Assembly (NCBI GenBank): GCA_016705955.1 | Contig: JADJKO010000006.1 | Location: 195,817 to 259,816, forward strand | DNA: 64,000 nt | Direction of reading: 5' to 3' | Source: Flavobacteriales bacterium | GTDB taxonomy: Bacteria; Bacteroidota; Bacteroidia; Flavobacteriales_F; PHOS-HE28 | Part shown: in pieces, positions 1-9,569 of the stretch | Layout: each line of letters begins with the position of its first letter | Position numbering within the stretch: the stretch's first letter is position 1 | The notes under the pieces: generated by a model | Told to the model about the DNA's origin: nothing | What the model saw: only the letters and a program-made list of their open reading frames with translations | Databases searched by the model: none | Made by a program: the position numbers and the translations under genes

Positions 1-2099
1 GAGCAGGACAGGACATCCGGTATTCCATCCCCATTCAAGTCAGCTGTGTGGGAGGCGAACACGTAGGTGAGCAAGCCGTCAATGAGAATACCTTTAGACA
101 GTTCCCCGTTACCATTGTTGAGGAAAAGCATTAGATCGGCGGCACAGCTTGAAGAACCGATCACATCCAACCATCCGTTACCATCCATGTCCGCGAGGTG
201 AAGGCCACGCGCGCAATTGAGTTGGGCGATCGGACCGCCGAAGGAGAACAGCCCACCATCATTCCTGAACCACACGATCGAATCCAGCTCGCTGCTGGCG
301 GCCACGATATCCAGGTCACCATCATTGTCCATGTCGCCTGGAGCGATACTATATGGGAAATACCAATCGGTAACGAGCAGTTGTGCGGGTCCGAATACGC
401 CGACTCCCATATTGTGATGAACCCTGATCGTATTGTCCGCGTATCCCGAAACGATCAGGTCGATCGATCCATCGCCATCGATGTCACCGGGTTCGGCATA
501 AAGCCCATATCCTGCGTTGGTCTCCAAGAGTTGGACTGGTCCGAATGTTCCATTATCACCCGTGTTCATCAACACCCCTACAGTGCCCTCCCATGTAATG
601 AACGCAATGTCCGGGATGGCATCTCCGGTGAAGTCTGCCACGCGGACATACCGCACGCCGTCAGCGGCTTCAGCAAGCACTTGCGCAGGCCCGAATTCAC
701 CGAGGCCCATGTTGAAGTAGGCGATGATCCGATTCTGTCCGTAAGTCCCCGCAACGAGATCGGGAAGCCCGTCGCCATTCAGGTCCGCCGCTCTTGCTGT
801 GCAGAGCCCGAATTCATGTACCTCCACCGCTATCTGGTCGGAGAATGATCCAGTTCCATCGTTGCGATACCAACATAGCCTGCCATCCACAGGTGTGGCT
901 GCGAACACATCCTGATCGCCATCCAGATCAAGGTCGGCCGTTTGGATGTCCTCGGCGCCAGTTGCCGTTTCGTTCAATTCGTGCGGCACGGAAAAGCTGC
1001 CGTCATCATAACCAGCGTACCAAGCGATCCTGTTGCTCCACGGAATGGACAGCAGGTCCAAGGTGCCATTCTGATCAATATCCCCTACATCGATCCCATA
1101 GGCAATGAAAGCAAAGGGGTCGATCAGGCTTGATTGGAAGGACCCAAGCCCATCATTAAGAAATGAACGCAGCGAACCATCATTCGAGAAACTGACAACA
1201 AGGTCCATGGATCCATTCCCATCAAGATCAGCCGAGCGGATACATCGCGCACCGCCTCCGACGTGAAGAACCTCTCTGGTGCCAAAATCGGCTTGACCGC
1301 CGTTCCTATATTGGATCAGCTTGTCTTCGTCCCAGCCGGCCACGATCACATCAAGGTCGCCATCCCCGTCAACATCAGTGGCCTCCACGTAGCGTCCACC
1401 TCCGAGCGATAGATCGAGTTCCACGATCGGACCGAAAAGGCCCGTACCATCATTCAATACAAAGTAGGCTCCTGGTGAATCGAATGGACGAGCAATAATG
1501 AGGTCAATATCCCCATCGCCGTCCAGATCCGCACCCTTCAAGGCCTCTCCGCTGGAGTAGGAGATCACGATCGAGCCCCCGAAGTTGCCGTCGCCGTCGT
1601 TCGGGAACCAGACCGGTCCGCTTGCCACCAATGAACCAACCACGATATCAAGGTCCCCGTCATCATCGAGGTCGAGAAGTTGAACATCACCATTCGTGTT
1701 CCAGTCCACAGTTGTAGGGGCAGCAAACCCTCCAAGACCATCGTTCCGGATAGTGCAAAGCCCCAGCCCGCCAGCAATGCTGACAATATCACTATCGCCA
1801 TCCGAATCGATGTCCCCGACTGCGAGCGCCCGGGTGTTGTATGGCGCCGTAGCGATCAACTGATAGTCGCCGAAACCACCAAACCCATCGTTCTTGTACC
1901 AAACGATCTTCGCGTAGTCGTAGGTAATGAACGTAATATCCAAATCCCCATCCCCGTCAAGGTCAGCGAGGGTCGGGTCGATCGCACGATGGATCTCCGT
2001 ATCAAAAATGACACGGCGTTCTCCAACCTGCGCGTGTACATCACCGATGTTCACCACCACGATCAAGGAAAGAAGAATGTGACCGCACACATGTCGCAT
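1..2099 (-). CDS. FG-GAP/VCBS repeat-containing secreted protein (N-terminus in window, 3' end runs off window start)
   Basis: The minus-strand frame is open from the ATG at 2099-2097 down to position 1. There is no stop in the window, which is why it is missing from the ORF track. The N-terminus is a signal peptide, MRHVCGHILLSLIVVVNIGDVHAQ. It is followed by at least 14 copies of the D-x-D/N-G-D-G-x-x-D-h-h motif (for example DLDGDGDLDI, DIDGDGSIDLI, DLNGDGIPDVL) spaced about 50 aa apart, as in FG-GAP/VCBS propeller repeats. The plus-strand ORFs at 198-2135 are antisense artefacts. Confidence 0.8.
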   Translation of the reverse strand, partial: MRHVCGHILLSLIVVVNIGDVHAQVGERRVIFDTEIHRAIDPTLADLDGDGDLDITFITYDYAKIVWYKNDGFGGFGDYQLIATAPYNTRALAVGDIDSDGDSDIVSIAGGLGLCTIRNDGLGGFAAPTTVDWNTNGDVQLLDLDDDGDLDIVVGSLVASGPVWFPNDGDGNFGGSIVISYSSGEALKGADLDGDGDIDLIIARPFDSPGAYFVLNDGTGLFGPIVELDLSLGGGRYVEATDVDGDGDLDVIVAGWDEDKLIQYRNGGQADFGTREVLHVGGGARCIRSADLDGNGSMDLVVSFSNDGSLRSFLNDGLGSFQSSLIDPFAFIAYGIDVGDIDQNGTLDLLSIPWSNRIAWYAGYDDGSFSVPHELNETATGAEDIQTADLDLDGDQDVFAATPVDGRLCWYRNDGTGSFSDQIAVEVHEFGLCTARAADLNGDGLPDLVAGTYGQNRIIAYFNMGLGEFGPAQVLAEAADGVRYVRVADFTGDAIPDIAFITWEGTVGVLMNTGDNGTFGPVQLLETNAGYGLYAEPGDIDGDGSIDLIVSGYADNTIRVHHNMGVGVFGPAQLLVTDWYFPYSIAPGDMDNDGDLDIVAASSELDSIVWFRNDGGLFSFGGPIAQLNCARGLHLADMDGNGWLDVIGSSSCAADLMLFLNNGNGELSKGILIDGLLTYVFASHTADLNGDGIPDVLSC

Positions 2100-2375
2100 A
2101 ATGACGAAAGTAGCCGGATGGACTGTACCTATTGAGCAATGATCCCCGAAGAATATACAGCCCCGGCTTGCTCAACGTTGGCACGAACCGAACTGTTCTA
2201 GCGAGATGCCATGGACGAAGTGCATTGAACAGTGGTTGATCACCTGACAGTCCAATATTGTTTTCCATGCGGAACGTAACCGATCCCAACTCTCGATCGT
2301 ATCCTGCACGTCTGCTGGTCAAAATGGCCGACCAGATCATCCGATCGATCATCCTCCTCTCATACCCCCATCAGA

Positions 2376-2819
2376 ATGAACTTTCTACTCCAAGCCTGGG
2401 TACCCACATTACTGATCTCCGCAACCTTGTTCAACCCTGGCTCTGCGAACGCGCAACCCACCATTGACCAAGAGCTGTCCGTGGGTTCCGATCACTCACA
2501 AGTCCTCAGCAATCCAGCGGTGGATGAGAAGCACGCCGAACGCATCTTCTACATCAATGGTGGCAACCTCACGGTTTTCCCAAGCCCCGCGAATGAACAA
2601 CTGACCGTACACTACATCCCTACAAAGAGTGGCGTACTCACCCTCCAACTCATGAGCGCTCAAGGGCAGGTCGTAGCCCCGATTGTACACGCCGCAGTGG
2701 AGGAAGGAGGCGAGCGCAAATTCTATTTCGACGTGACCAACCTCACCAATGGCACCTACATCGTGCGCGCGGAACAGAATTCCGCGATCCTGATCCGCCG
2801 TGCAACAGTCCTGCATTGA
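2376..2819 (+). CDS. small secreted protein consisting of signal peptide plus T9SS C-terminal sorting domain (type A, Por_Secre_tail)
   Basis: The N-terminus is a signal peptide, MNFLLQAWVPTLLISATLFNPGSANA. The C-terminal roughly 80 aa (LTVFPSPANEQLTVHY...GTYIVRAEQNSAILIRRATVLH) matches the T9SS CTD pattern. There is almost no passenger region. Confidence 0.7.
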   Translation: MNFLLQAWVPTLLISATLFNPGSANAQPTIDQELSVGSDHSQVLSNPAVDEKHAERIFYINGGNLTVFPSPANEQLTVHYIPTKSGVLTLQLMSAQGQVVAPIVHAAVEEGGERKFYFDVTNLTNGTYIVRAEQNSAILIRRATVLH

Positions 2820-2900
2820 TCCTTCTTCACTTTGAAGGGAACGGCTCCATCATGGAGCCGTTCTTCGCTCGGTATAGTGCGATGGCGAACTTTGACCGCC

Positions 2901-4703
2901 ATGGCCGACCTCGACGTTCGTGAGAAAGTGAAACTGTTGCCGCACCAACCCGGTGTGTACCAGTTCTCCGACGTCGCCGGGAACATCATCTATATCGGCA
3001 AGGCCAAGGACCTGCGGAACCGGGTCGGCAGCTACTTCAACAAGCAGAAGTACGAGTCCGGCAAGACCGCCAAGCTGGTGGCCAACATCACCGATGTGCG
3101 CGTGATCGTGGTGGAGACGGAGTTCGATGCACTCCTGCTGGAGAACTCCCTGATCAAGCAGCATCAGCCGCGCTACAACGTGATGCTCAAGGACGACAAG
3201 AGCTATCCGTGGATCCGCATACGCAACGAGCGCTTCCCCCGGGTGGAAGGAATGCGCAATCCCGAGGACGATGGCGCGGAGTATTACGGCCCGTATGCGA
3301 GCAGCAGGGTGATGCACACGGTGGTGGAATTGGTGAACAGCATGTACAAGTTGCGTTCGTGCAATTATGAGCTGAGTGTGAAGAACGTGGAGCGCGGCAA
3401 GTACAAGCGCTGTCTGGAGTTCCACATGGGCAACTGCAAAGGGCCATGCGAAGGGCTACAGCCACAGGAGGAGTACGATGCGAGCATCACGGAGATCAGG
3501 CAGATCGTGCGCGGCCGAACACGTGGCGTGTCCAAGTTGTTGAAGGAGCAGATGCAACTCCATGCGGACGCAACGGAGTTCGAGAAGGCGGAGGTCGTCC
3601 GCCAGCGGATCGAACAACTGGAACGTTTCCAAACGCGCAACACCATTGTCCACGCGGACATCGGTGATGTGGACGTGTTCGCATTGGCCAGCGATGCGGG
3701 CGGCACCAGCGTGAACTACCTCCGCGTGATCGACGGGGCGGTGGTACACGGCATCACCGTGGAACTGAAACCGAAGTTGGAGGAAACACAGGAGGACCTG
3801 CTCCAACTCGCCATCGCAGAGCTGCGTGAGCGCTTCAAGAGCAATGCGCCGGAGGCCATCGTGCCGTTCGATCCCGGTATTGAAGTGCCCGATGTTTCAT
3901 TCACCGTACCTCAACGCGGCGACAAGAAAGCCCTGCTCGACCTGAGCGAACGCAACGCACGCTACTTCTTGCTCGACAAGCGCAAGCAAGAGAAGCTGGT
4001 GGATCCTGAAGCGGCGACGAACCGCATCCTCGAACAACTCAAGCAGGATCTGCGACTGAACGAATTGCCGCGCCACATCGAGTGCTTCGACAACAGCAAC
4101 ACGCAAGGCACGGATCCCGTGAGCGCTTGCGTTGTCTTCAAGGATGCCAAGCCGAGCAAGAAGGACTACCGCCACTTCAACATCCGCACGGTGGTGGGGC
4201 CGGATGATTTCGCGAGCATGGAGGAAGCGGTGGAGCGTCGCTATGCACGCTTGGTCACCGAAGGCGAACCGCTGCCGCAACTGGTAGTGATCGATGGCGG
4301 AAAGGGACAGTTGCACGCGGCCATGAATGTGTTCGATCGGCTCGGCCTACGAGGAAAGATCGCTCTGGTCGGCATCGCGAAGCGTCTGGAGGAACTCTAC
4401 TTCCCGGAGGATCCCGTCCCACTTCATATCGACAAGCGGAGCAGCAGCTTGAAGGTGATCCAACACTTGCGCAACGAGGCACATCGCTTCGGCATCACGC
4501 ACCACCGGGGCAAGCGCAGCAAGCGGATCGTGCGCACCGGCCTCGAAGCCATCGAAGGGATCGGGCCGCACACTGCGCAGAAGTTGCTCGCGCGCTTCGG
4601 GTCGATCAAAGGGATCCGCGAGGCCATGCCCGAGGATGTGATCGCGGAGATCGGCGCGAAGAAGGCGGAGGTGGTGTTGAAGGCGTTGGTGACGGCAATT
4701 TGA
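2901..4703 (+). CDS. uvrC: excinuclease ABC subunit C (UvrC)
   Basis: It has a GIY-YIG N-terminus (QPGVYQFSDVAGNIIYIGKAKDLRNRVGSYF), a UvrBC-interaction region, an RNase H-like nuclease domain and a C-terminal HhH domain. It is full length at 600 aa from the ATG at 2901. The track ORF start at 2832 is an N-terminal extension. Confidence 0.95.
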   Translation: MADLDVREKVKLLPHQPGVYQFSDVAGNIIYIGKAKDLRNRVGSYFNKQKYESGKTAKLVANITDVRVIVVETEFDALLLENSLIKQHQPRYNVMLKDDKSYPWIRIRNERFPRVEGMRNPEDDGAEYYGPYASSRVMHTVVELVNSMYKLRSCNYELSVKNVERGKYKRCLEFHMGNCKGPCEGLQPQEEYDASITEIRQIVRGRTRGVSKLLKEQMQLHADATEFEKAEVVRQRIEQLERFQTRNTIVHADIGDVDVFALASDAGGTSVNYLRVIDGAVVHGITVELKPKLEETQEDLLQLAIAELRERFKSNAPEAIVPFDPGIEVPDVSFTVPQRGDKKALLDLSERNARYFLLDKRKQEKLVDPEAATNRILEQLKQDLRLNELPRHIECFDNSNTQGTDPVSACVVFKDAKPSKKDYRHFNIRTVVGPDDFASMEEAVERRYARLVTEGEPLPQLVVIDGGKGQLHAAMNVFDRLGLRGKIALVGIAKRLEELYFPEDPVPLHIDKRSSSLKVIQHLRNEAHRFGITHHRGKRSKRIVRTGLEAIEGIGPHTAQKLLARFGSIKGIREAMPEDVIAEIGAKKAEVVLKALVTAI

Positions 4704-5710
4704 TCCGGACCGAAGTGATCGCCGTCCTCCTTCCGTTCCACAACGCAGCATCCACGATCGATGCCGCTATCACGAGCATCACAGAGCAGACCTATCGCGA
4801 ATGGCGGTTGTTGTTGATCGACAATGGTTCGGCCGATGAAAGTCGTGCGATCGCGAAGCGGTGGTCTGCGAAGGATCCGCGGATCGATGTACTGGAAGAG
4901 CCCACCGTCGGCATCGCGCACGCTTTGAATACGGGACTACGGCACGCGACTTCCCCGCTGATCGCACGCATGGATGCCGACGACATCGCGCACCCGGAAC
5001 GCTTCGCGCATCAAGTCGCGTACATGAATGCGCACCCGGAGATCGGCGTGCTCGGCACACGCGCACGCTTCGAGACAACCGTGGAGAAGAGCAACGGCAT
5101 GCGCTGGTTCGTGGACTGGCAGAATGCGATCCTTACACCGCAGGAGCACTACATGAAGCGCTTCGTGGATGCGCCACTCGCGCATCCCACGGCAATGTTC
5201 CGTCGCGAGTTGGTCATGCGCTTCGGCGGGTATTCAACCGACCCGCTCCCCGAGGACCACGAACTCTGGTTGCGCTGGATGCACAGCGGCGTGCGCTTCG
5301 CGAAACTGCCGGAGGTATTGCTCACGTGGAGCGATCATGCGCAGCGTCTGAGCCGCACGCACGCCAACTACAGCGTCGATGCCTTCTTCACCACGAAAGC
5401 GAAATGGATCGCTGCTTGGTATACGCGCAAGTTCTCCGATCCGCGACCGGTGATCATCGCAGGTACGAGCAACCTTTGCCGGGACCGGGCGGCGAAGTTG
5501 GAAGCGTGTGGCATGCGGATCCATGCGTTCACGGATGTGCGCCGTCGCGATGTGCCGGGCTACGCATTCATCCCGCACGATGAACTTCCCGGTCTTGGTG
5601 AAGCACTCGTGATCTCCTTCATCAGTCAGCGCGGTACGGGTGATCGCATCGCATCGTACCTCGCATCGCGTGGCTTGATCGAGGGCGAGGACTTCATCCT
5701 TGCAGCCTGA
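4700..5710 (+). CDS. glycosyltransferase family 2 protein
   Basis: GT2 motifs are present: VLLPFHNAASTIDAAITSITEQTY, LIDNGSADES, and DADD. The gene has a TTG or GTG start and overlaps the uvrC stop. Confidence 0.75.
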   Translation: MIRTEVIAVLLPFHNAASTIDAAITSITEQTYREWRLLLIDNGSADESRAIAKRWSAKDPRIDVLEEPTVGIAHALNTGLRHATSPLIARMDADDIAHPERFAHQVAYMNAHPEIGVLGTRARFETTVEKSNGMRWFVDWQNAILTPQEHYMKRFVDAPLAHPTAMFRRELVMRFGGYSTDPLPEDHELWLRWMHSGVRFAKLPEVLLTWSDHAQRLSRTHANYSVDAFFTTKAKWIAAWYTRKFSDPRPVIIAGTSNLCRDRAAKLEACGMRIHAFTDVRRRDVPGYAFIPHDELPGLGEALVISFISQRGTGDRIASYLASRGLIEGEDFILAA

Positions 5711-5732
5711 ACAAGCACTTACCTTTCGTGGA

Positions 5733-7127
5733 ATGGAGAAGACGACCGTTGCCCCTGATCAAGCGCTCGATCACGCACATGGTCTTCGGACCTATTTCGA
5801 CACCGGGGCGACCCGGTCATACGCTGCGCGCCGCAATGCACTGAAAGTACTTCGGTCCGCCGTCCGCAAGTATGAGGAGGACTTGATCACGGCCATGCAC
5901 ACCGATATGCGCAAGCCGCGCTTCGAGGCGTACCTCGGTGATATCGGCTTGGTGTACGCGGAGATCGATCACGCGCTGAAGCACTTGAAGGAGTGGATGA
6001 GGCCACGCGCGGTGCCCACCCCGCTGGCGATCCAATTGGCCGAGAGCAAGGTGTACCACGAACCACTAGGTGTGGTGCTGATCATCGCGCCGTGGAACTA
6101 TCCGGTGTTGCTGTTGCTCGGACCATTGGTAGGCGCTATCGCGGCCGGCAATTGTGCGGTGCTGAAACCGAGTGAGGACGCACCTGCCACTGCGGCCGTG
6201 GTAGAGCGCTTGATGAAGGAGGCGATCCCGGCTTGGGTCGAGGTGGTGCAAGGCCCGGGAGTGGAGGCGGTCCCCCAACTCATGCGCGCGTTCCGTTTCG
6301 ACCACGTCTTCTTCACCGGTAGTGCGCGCGTGGGACGTGCGGTGTTGGAACTGGCCGCGAGGGATCTGGTGCCGACCACCTTGGAACTGGGGGGCAAGAG
6401 TCCCGCGATCGTGGATCGAACCGCTGATGTGAAGCGCGCGACTCAACGCATCGCCTGGAGCAAATTCTTCAACGCGGGGCAGACCTGCATCGCCACGGAC
6501 CACGCGCTGGTGCATGCCGAGGTGATGGAAGAATTCATCGATGCCCTCAAACTCCACATCCGCCGTTTCTATGGCGATGACCCACAACGGAGCGCGGACT
6601 ACGCGCGGCTCATCAACCGTCGTCGGTTCGATGCCGTGTCGGCCTATCTATCGCAGGGCGATGTCGTGATCGGCGGACCACACGATGCTGCGGATCGCTA
6701 TATCGCACCAACGGTGATGACCGGTGTTCCGTTGAGCAGCTCAGTGATGAGTGAGGAGATCTTCGGTCCGGTACTACCGGTGATCCCATGGACGGAACGT
6801 GACGAGGCGCTGGCGATCATCCGCCGGAACCCACAGCCCTTGGCAGCGTACATCTTCAGCAATGATCGGAAGGCGCAGGACTACTTCCTCGAGCGTGTCG
6901 CGTTCGGCGGAGGATGCATCAATCACTGCATGCTGCAATTCGGTTCGCGCGAAATGCCGTTCGGTGGAGTTGGGGCAAGTGGCATGGGTCGCTACCACGG
7001 CGAACGCACCTTCCTCTTGTTCAGCAATGAGAAAGGGGTCGTCCACGCAAGTACGTTGATCGAACCGGGCGTGCAGTACCCGCCTTACACGAAGCTGAAA
7101 GCGAAGGTGCTTCGCCGGTTCCTCTGA
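5733..7127 (+). CDS. NAD(P)-dependent aldehyde dehydrogenase, class 3-like (fatty aldehyde DH family)
   Basis: ALDH motifs are present: LELGGKSP, the catalytic Cys in FNAGQTCIA, and EEIFGPVLPV. The N-terminus is ALDH3-like (RTYFDTGATRSYAARRNALKVL). Confidence 0.9.
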   Translation: MEKTTVAPDQALDHAHGLRTYFDTGATRSYAARRNALKVLRSAVRKYEEDLITAMHTDMRKPRFEAYLGDIGLVYAEIDHALKHLKEWMRPRAVPTPLAIQLAESKVYHEPLGVVLIIAPWNYPVLLLLGPLVGAIAAGNCAVLKPSEDAPATAAVVERLMKEAIPAWVEVVQGPGVEAVPQLMRAFRFDHVFFTGSARVGRAVLELAARDLVPTTLELGGKSPAIVDRTADVKRATQRIAWSKFFNAGQTCIATDHALVHAEVMEEFIDALKLHIRRFYGDDPQRSADYARLINRRRFDAVSAYLSQGDVVIGGPHDAADRYIAPTVMTGVPLSSSVMSEEIFGPVLPVIPWTERDEALAIIRRNPQPLAAYIFSNDRKAQDYFLERVAFGGGCINHCMLQFGSREMPFGGVGASGMGRYHGERTFLLFSNEKGVVHASTLIEPGVQYPPYTKLKAKVLRRFL

Positions 7128-7361
7128 TCACTCCAGCACACGTTCACCCCGCACCGGCTTCAGCGCACCGCGCACCACGGCAAGGTGTCGTTCCTCGCAT
7201 TCCAGCACTACCGTGTAGCGCGCGGGCGGGTTGGGTTTGGACCATTTCCGGCCTTCGATCCCTTCGCGCGCGCAGAAGTCCTCCAAGTGTTCGAGGAAGT
7301 GCTCCGCTGTGGTCGGGGCATCCGGTCCGAAGAAATCCCAATGGAATCGTAGCAGGCTCAT
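7128..7361 (-). CDS. hypothetical small protein (about 77 aa)
   Basis: The ORF is MSLLRFHWDFFGPDAPTTAEHFLEHLEDFCAREGIEGRKW.... No family was recognised. The internal ATG at 7361 is preferred because the track start at 7397 would overlap the divergent LysE gene start. Confidence 0.35.
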   Translation of the reverse strand: MSLLRFHWDFFGPDAPTTAEHFLEHLEDFCAREGIEGRKWSKPNPPARYTVVLECEERHLAVVRGALKPVRGERVLE

Positions 7362-7387
7362 CCCGTTCGCGCCGCTAATTTGCGCAC

Positions 7388-8113
7388 GTGGATGCATTGA
7401 TCCTCTTTCTCATTGCTGCGGTGGCCAGTTTCGTGGGGTCGCTACAGGCCGGTATTGTCAATACTGCCGTGCTCGCGCACACCATCAAGTTCGGACCGGA
7501 TGCAGGTCGGCGCATGGCGATCGGGGGCGCGATCCCGGAACTGATCTACGCGGGGATCGCCTTCCAGTTCGCCACGCTCGTGTTGCATCATCTGGGCTTG
7601 GATCGTGCCGGGATCGGCGCATTGGTGGGCGCCATCCTCATAAGCATCGGGCTCTATTTCCTGTTCATCTTCAAACCGGTCTTCGCCACGAACGAGGAGA
7701 AGTTGAAAGCGGCCGGGATGCGTAAAGGCTTGCTCCTCGGGTTGGCGAATCCGCAACTGCTTCTGTTCTGGTGCGGGGTGAAACTCTCCCTGTCGTCCGT
7801 CGGCGTGGAAGGTCACGGCATTCTTGAGCTGCTCGCCTTCGCATCCGGCGCATTCGTGGGTGCCATCATCCTGCTGTTCCAATTGGTGCGGCTTGGTCGG
7901 AAGGCGGTGGAACGCATGCACCCTAACACGCTACGGACCATGTTCCGGTTGGTCGGACTCGTACTCGTGATCAGCGGCGTCATTGGCATCATGCGAACCA
8001 GGAAACCACGCGACGCAGCGGCCCGAGACGCCAGCCAAGATGTGATCCCACCCGACCCAGCAGATCATGGAAGCTCACCGGCTCCGTACCTGCATGTTGC
8101 AATTGCTCACTGA
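7388..8113 (+). CDS. LysE/RhtB family amino-acid exporter
   Basis: The protein has six TM segments, the GIVNTAVL N-terminus and a conserved PNQLLLFWCG-type segment. The 40-aa low-complexity C-terminal tail overlaps the convergent gene by 125 nt and may be read-through. Confidence 0.75.
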   Translation: MDALILFLIAAVASFVGSLQAGIVNTAVLAHTIKFGPDAGRRMAIGGAIPELIYAGIAFQFATLVLHHLGLDRAGIGALVGAILISIGLYFLFIFKPVFATNEEKLKAAGMRKGLLLGLANPQLLLFWCGVKLSLSSVGVEGHGILELLAFASGAFVGAIILLFQLVRLGRKAVERMHPNTLRTMFRLVGLVLVISGVIGIMRTRKPRDAAARDASQDVIPPDPADHGSSPAPYLHVAIAH

Positions 8114-9038
8114 TCCTGCCGACATGGCGGACATGACGAACGAGTTCGCGCCAGCACTGGAAGATGGAATACCGTGGATCGTAGATGTGCCCGGGTTCGC
8201 TGCTGACCCCGTTCATTTCGATAATGGTGAATCGACCCTCACGCAGATCCGCCTCGCTTTCACACCGCACATCCATGCGTCCGTAGTAGATGCCTTCGGT
8301 TGAAGCAAGAAGCCGGTCAACAACCTCGCAAAGAACAGAAGTTCGCAGGTGGTTCGCATCGTTGAACAAGGTGCCGCGACAGTGATTCCCGATCGGTTCC
8401 ACGCGCTCGATCACTCCGGGTAGCGGCACCGTGGACAACAACACCGGATCCAACTCCAGCAGTCGTTCGACCTGTTTCCGCCCACGCCATTGCTTCCTCA
8501 ACAGTTCGAGTACGGTGGATCGACCATCGCCGGTCACGGAAAGGAAATCCTTGCCTGCTACTGACAGAAGAGTCGTACTTCCGCCCGCAGGGTCGCGGGT
8601 GAACATCAACCCGAATTCAAGATCACCGGGCGCCATCGCTTGCAGCAGGAAGGTGTTCGGTTTCCCCGCTAGCGCGCGAACCAATTCATTCTCATCCGTC
8701 ACGCGCACTACTCCTTGTCCGCGCTCCCCCACATCCGGCTTCACGATCAAGGGAAAGGGAATGCCCGATGCGCGGTGCGTATGGATCACATCGGCTTCAG
8801 TGCTATGTACAGGGATCAAGCAGGTCTGCGGAAAGCTCTCCTTCGGCAACAGCGCGTAGATCGCCGATTTGCTCTCCCCGAAGAAGCCGCCCATGTCGAT
8901 GGCTGGATTCACGTTGGTGAAGAATGCAGCGCGCCGCTGCCGGATGGCCTGATACAGATAGAGCGGCACGACCGGTAGATAGATCACCTGCCACGGCCAG
9001 TACTCGTGGTTCAACCGATCGGTCAGTGTGCGCAGCAT
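7989..9038 (-). CDS. ATP-grasp domain protein (carboxylate-amine ligase-like)
   Basis: ATP-grasp signatures are present: LIVKPDVGERGQGVVRV (P-loop-like) and FTIIEMNGVSSEPGHI (catalytic E-x-N). The length is 349 aa. Confidence 0.7.
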   Translation of the reverse strand: MLRTLTDRLNHEYWPWQVIYLPVVPLYLYQAIRQRRAAFFTNVNPAIDMGGFFGESKSAIYALLPKESFPQTCLIPVHSTEADVIHTHRASGIPFPLIVKPDVGERGQGVVRVTDENELVRALAGKPNTFLLQAMAPGDLEFGLMFTRDPAGGSTTLLSVAGKDFLSVTGDGRSTVLELLRKQWRGRKQVERLLELDPVLLSTVPLPGVIERVEPIGNHCRGTLFNDANHLRTSVLCEVVDRLLASTEGIYYGRMDVRCESEADLREGRFTIIEMNGVSSEPGHIYDPRYSIFQCWRELVRHVRHVGRISEQLQHAGTEPVSFHDLLGRVGSHLGWRLGPLRRVVSWFA

Positions 9039-9047
9039 GGCACTGGG

Positions 9048-9548
9048 TCAGCGCGTGCGATGGTTCCGTGTGGACACCGCCACGCCCAAGTGTTCAGGTA
9101 GAACAACGTGCGGTAGCTCCTGTTCCAACACCATGCGCACCATCGCCAAGTGGTGTACGCCGTGATCGGCGAGGTAGGCCAATTCGCGTTTCAACGTGGT
9201 GCGCTGCACAACCGGATCGGCACTTCCCGGCAGTTCGCTCTCCATCGCCAGGTCATGATCATGGGTGATTCCGGACATCAGCCGGATGTTGTTGTCCGTC
9301 GCGGAACGCGCCACGTCAACTTCGGTCTCGATCAACAGGTTCCGCGCGCGGCGATCGTAACTGAAGCGTTCCACCTCATTGTTCGCCAGCAGGCACGTGT
9401 GGAACTCAAGGATGTGACGAAGGTGTTGGCCAATGGTCCCGCCGAACAACAAGGCACTCGGGCGTTGCAGCTGGGTATTGGAGAGTTGCATCAAGAGCGC
9501 ATCGATCTTGCGCAGGATTTCGATGTTGTAAGCGACCAGTTGTTGCAT
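9048..9548 (-). CDS. DinB/YfiT-family protein (DUF664-like, putative metal-dependent thiol transferase/hydrolase fold)
   Basis: The four-helix DinB signature is present, with spaced His residues: LRHILEFHTCLL and HDHD....HGVHHLAMV. Confidence 0.65.
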   Translation of the reverse strand: MQQLVAYNIEILRKIDALLMQLSNTQLQRPSALLFGGTIGQHLRHILEFHTCLLANNEVERFSYDRRARNLLIETEVDVARSATDNNIRLMSGITHDHDLAMESELPGSADPVVQRTTLKRELAYLADHGVHHLAMVRMVLEQELPHVVLPEHLGVAVSTRNHRTR

Positions 9549-9569
9549 GATTTCCGAATGTGGGTCCGC

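Noticed and set aside
198-2135. Plus-strand ORFs 198-848, 794-1108 and 1680-2135
   Set aside because: They are antisense to the long FG-GAP repeat gene, whose DxDGDG periodicity is obvious on the minus strand. They have no domain content.
2832-2900. N-terminal extensions in track ORFs (uvrC at 2832, purD at 22114, hemW at 37091, M23 peptidase at 49003, the secreted protein at 11952, the 40091 protein and the 7397 start)
   Set aside because: The extensions lack homology to their families and often overlap upstream genes. Conserved N-termini begin at the internal ATGs chosen in the feature list.
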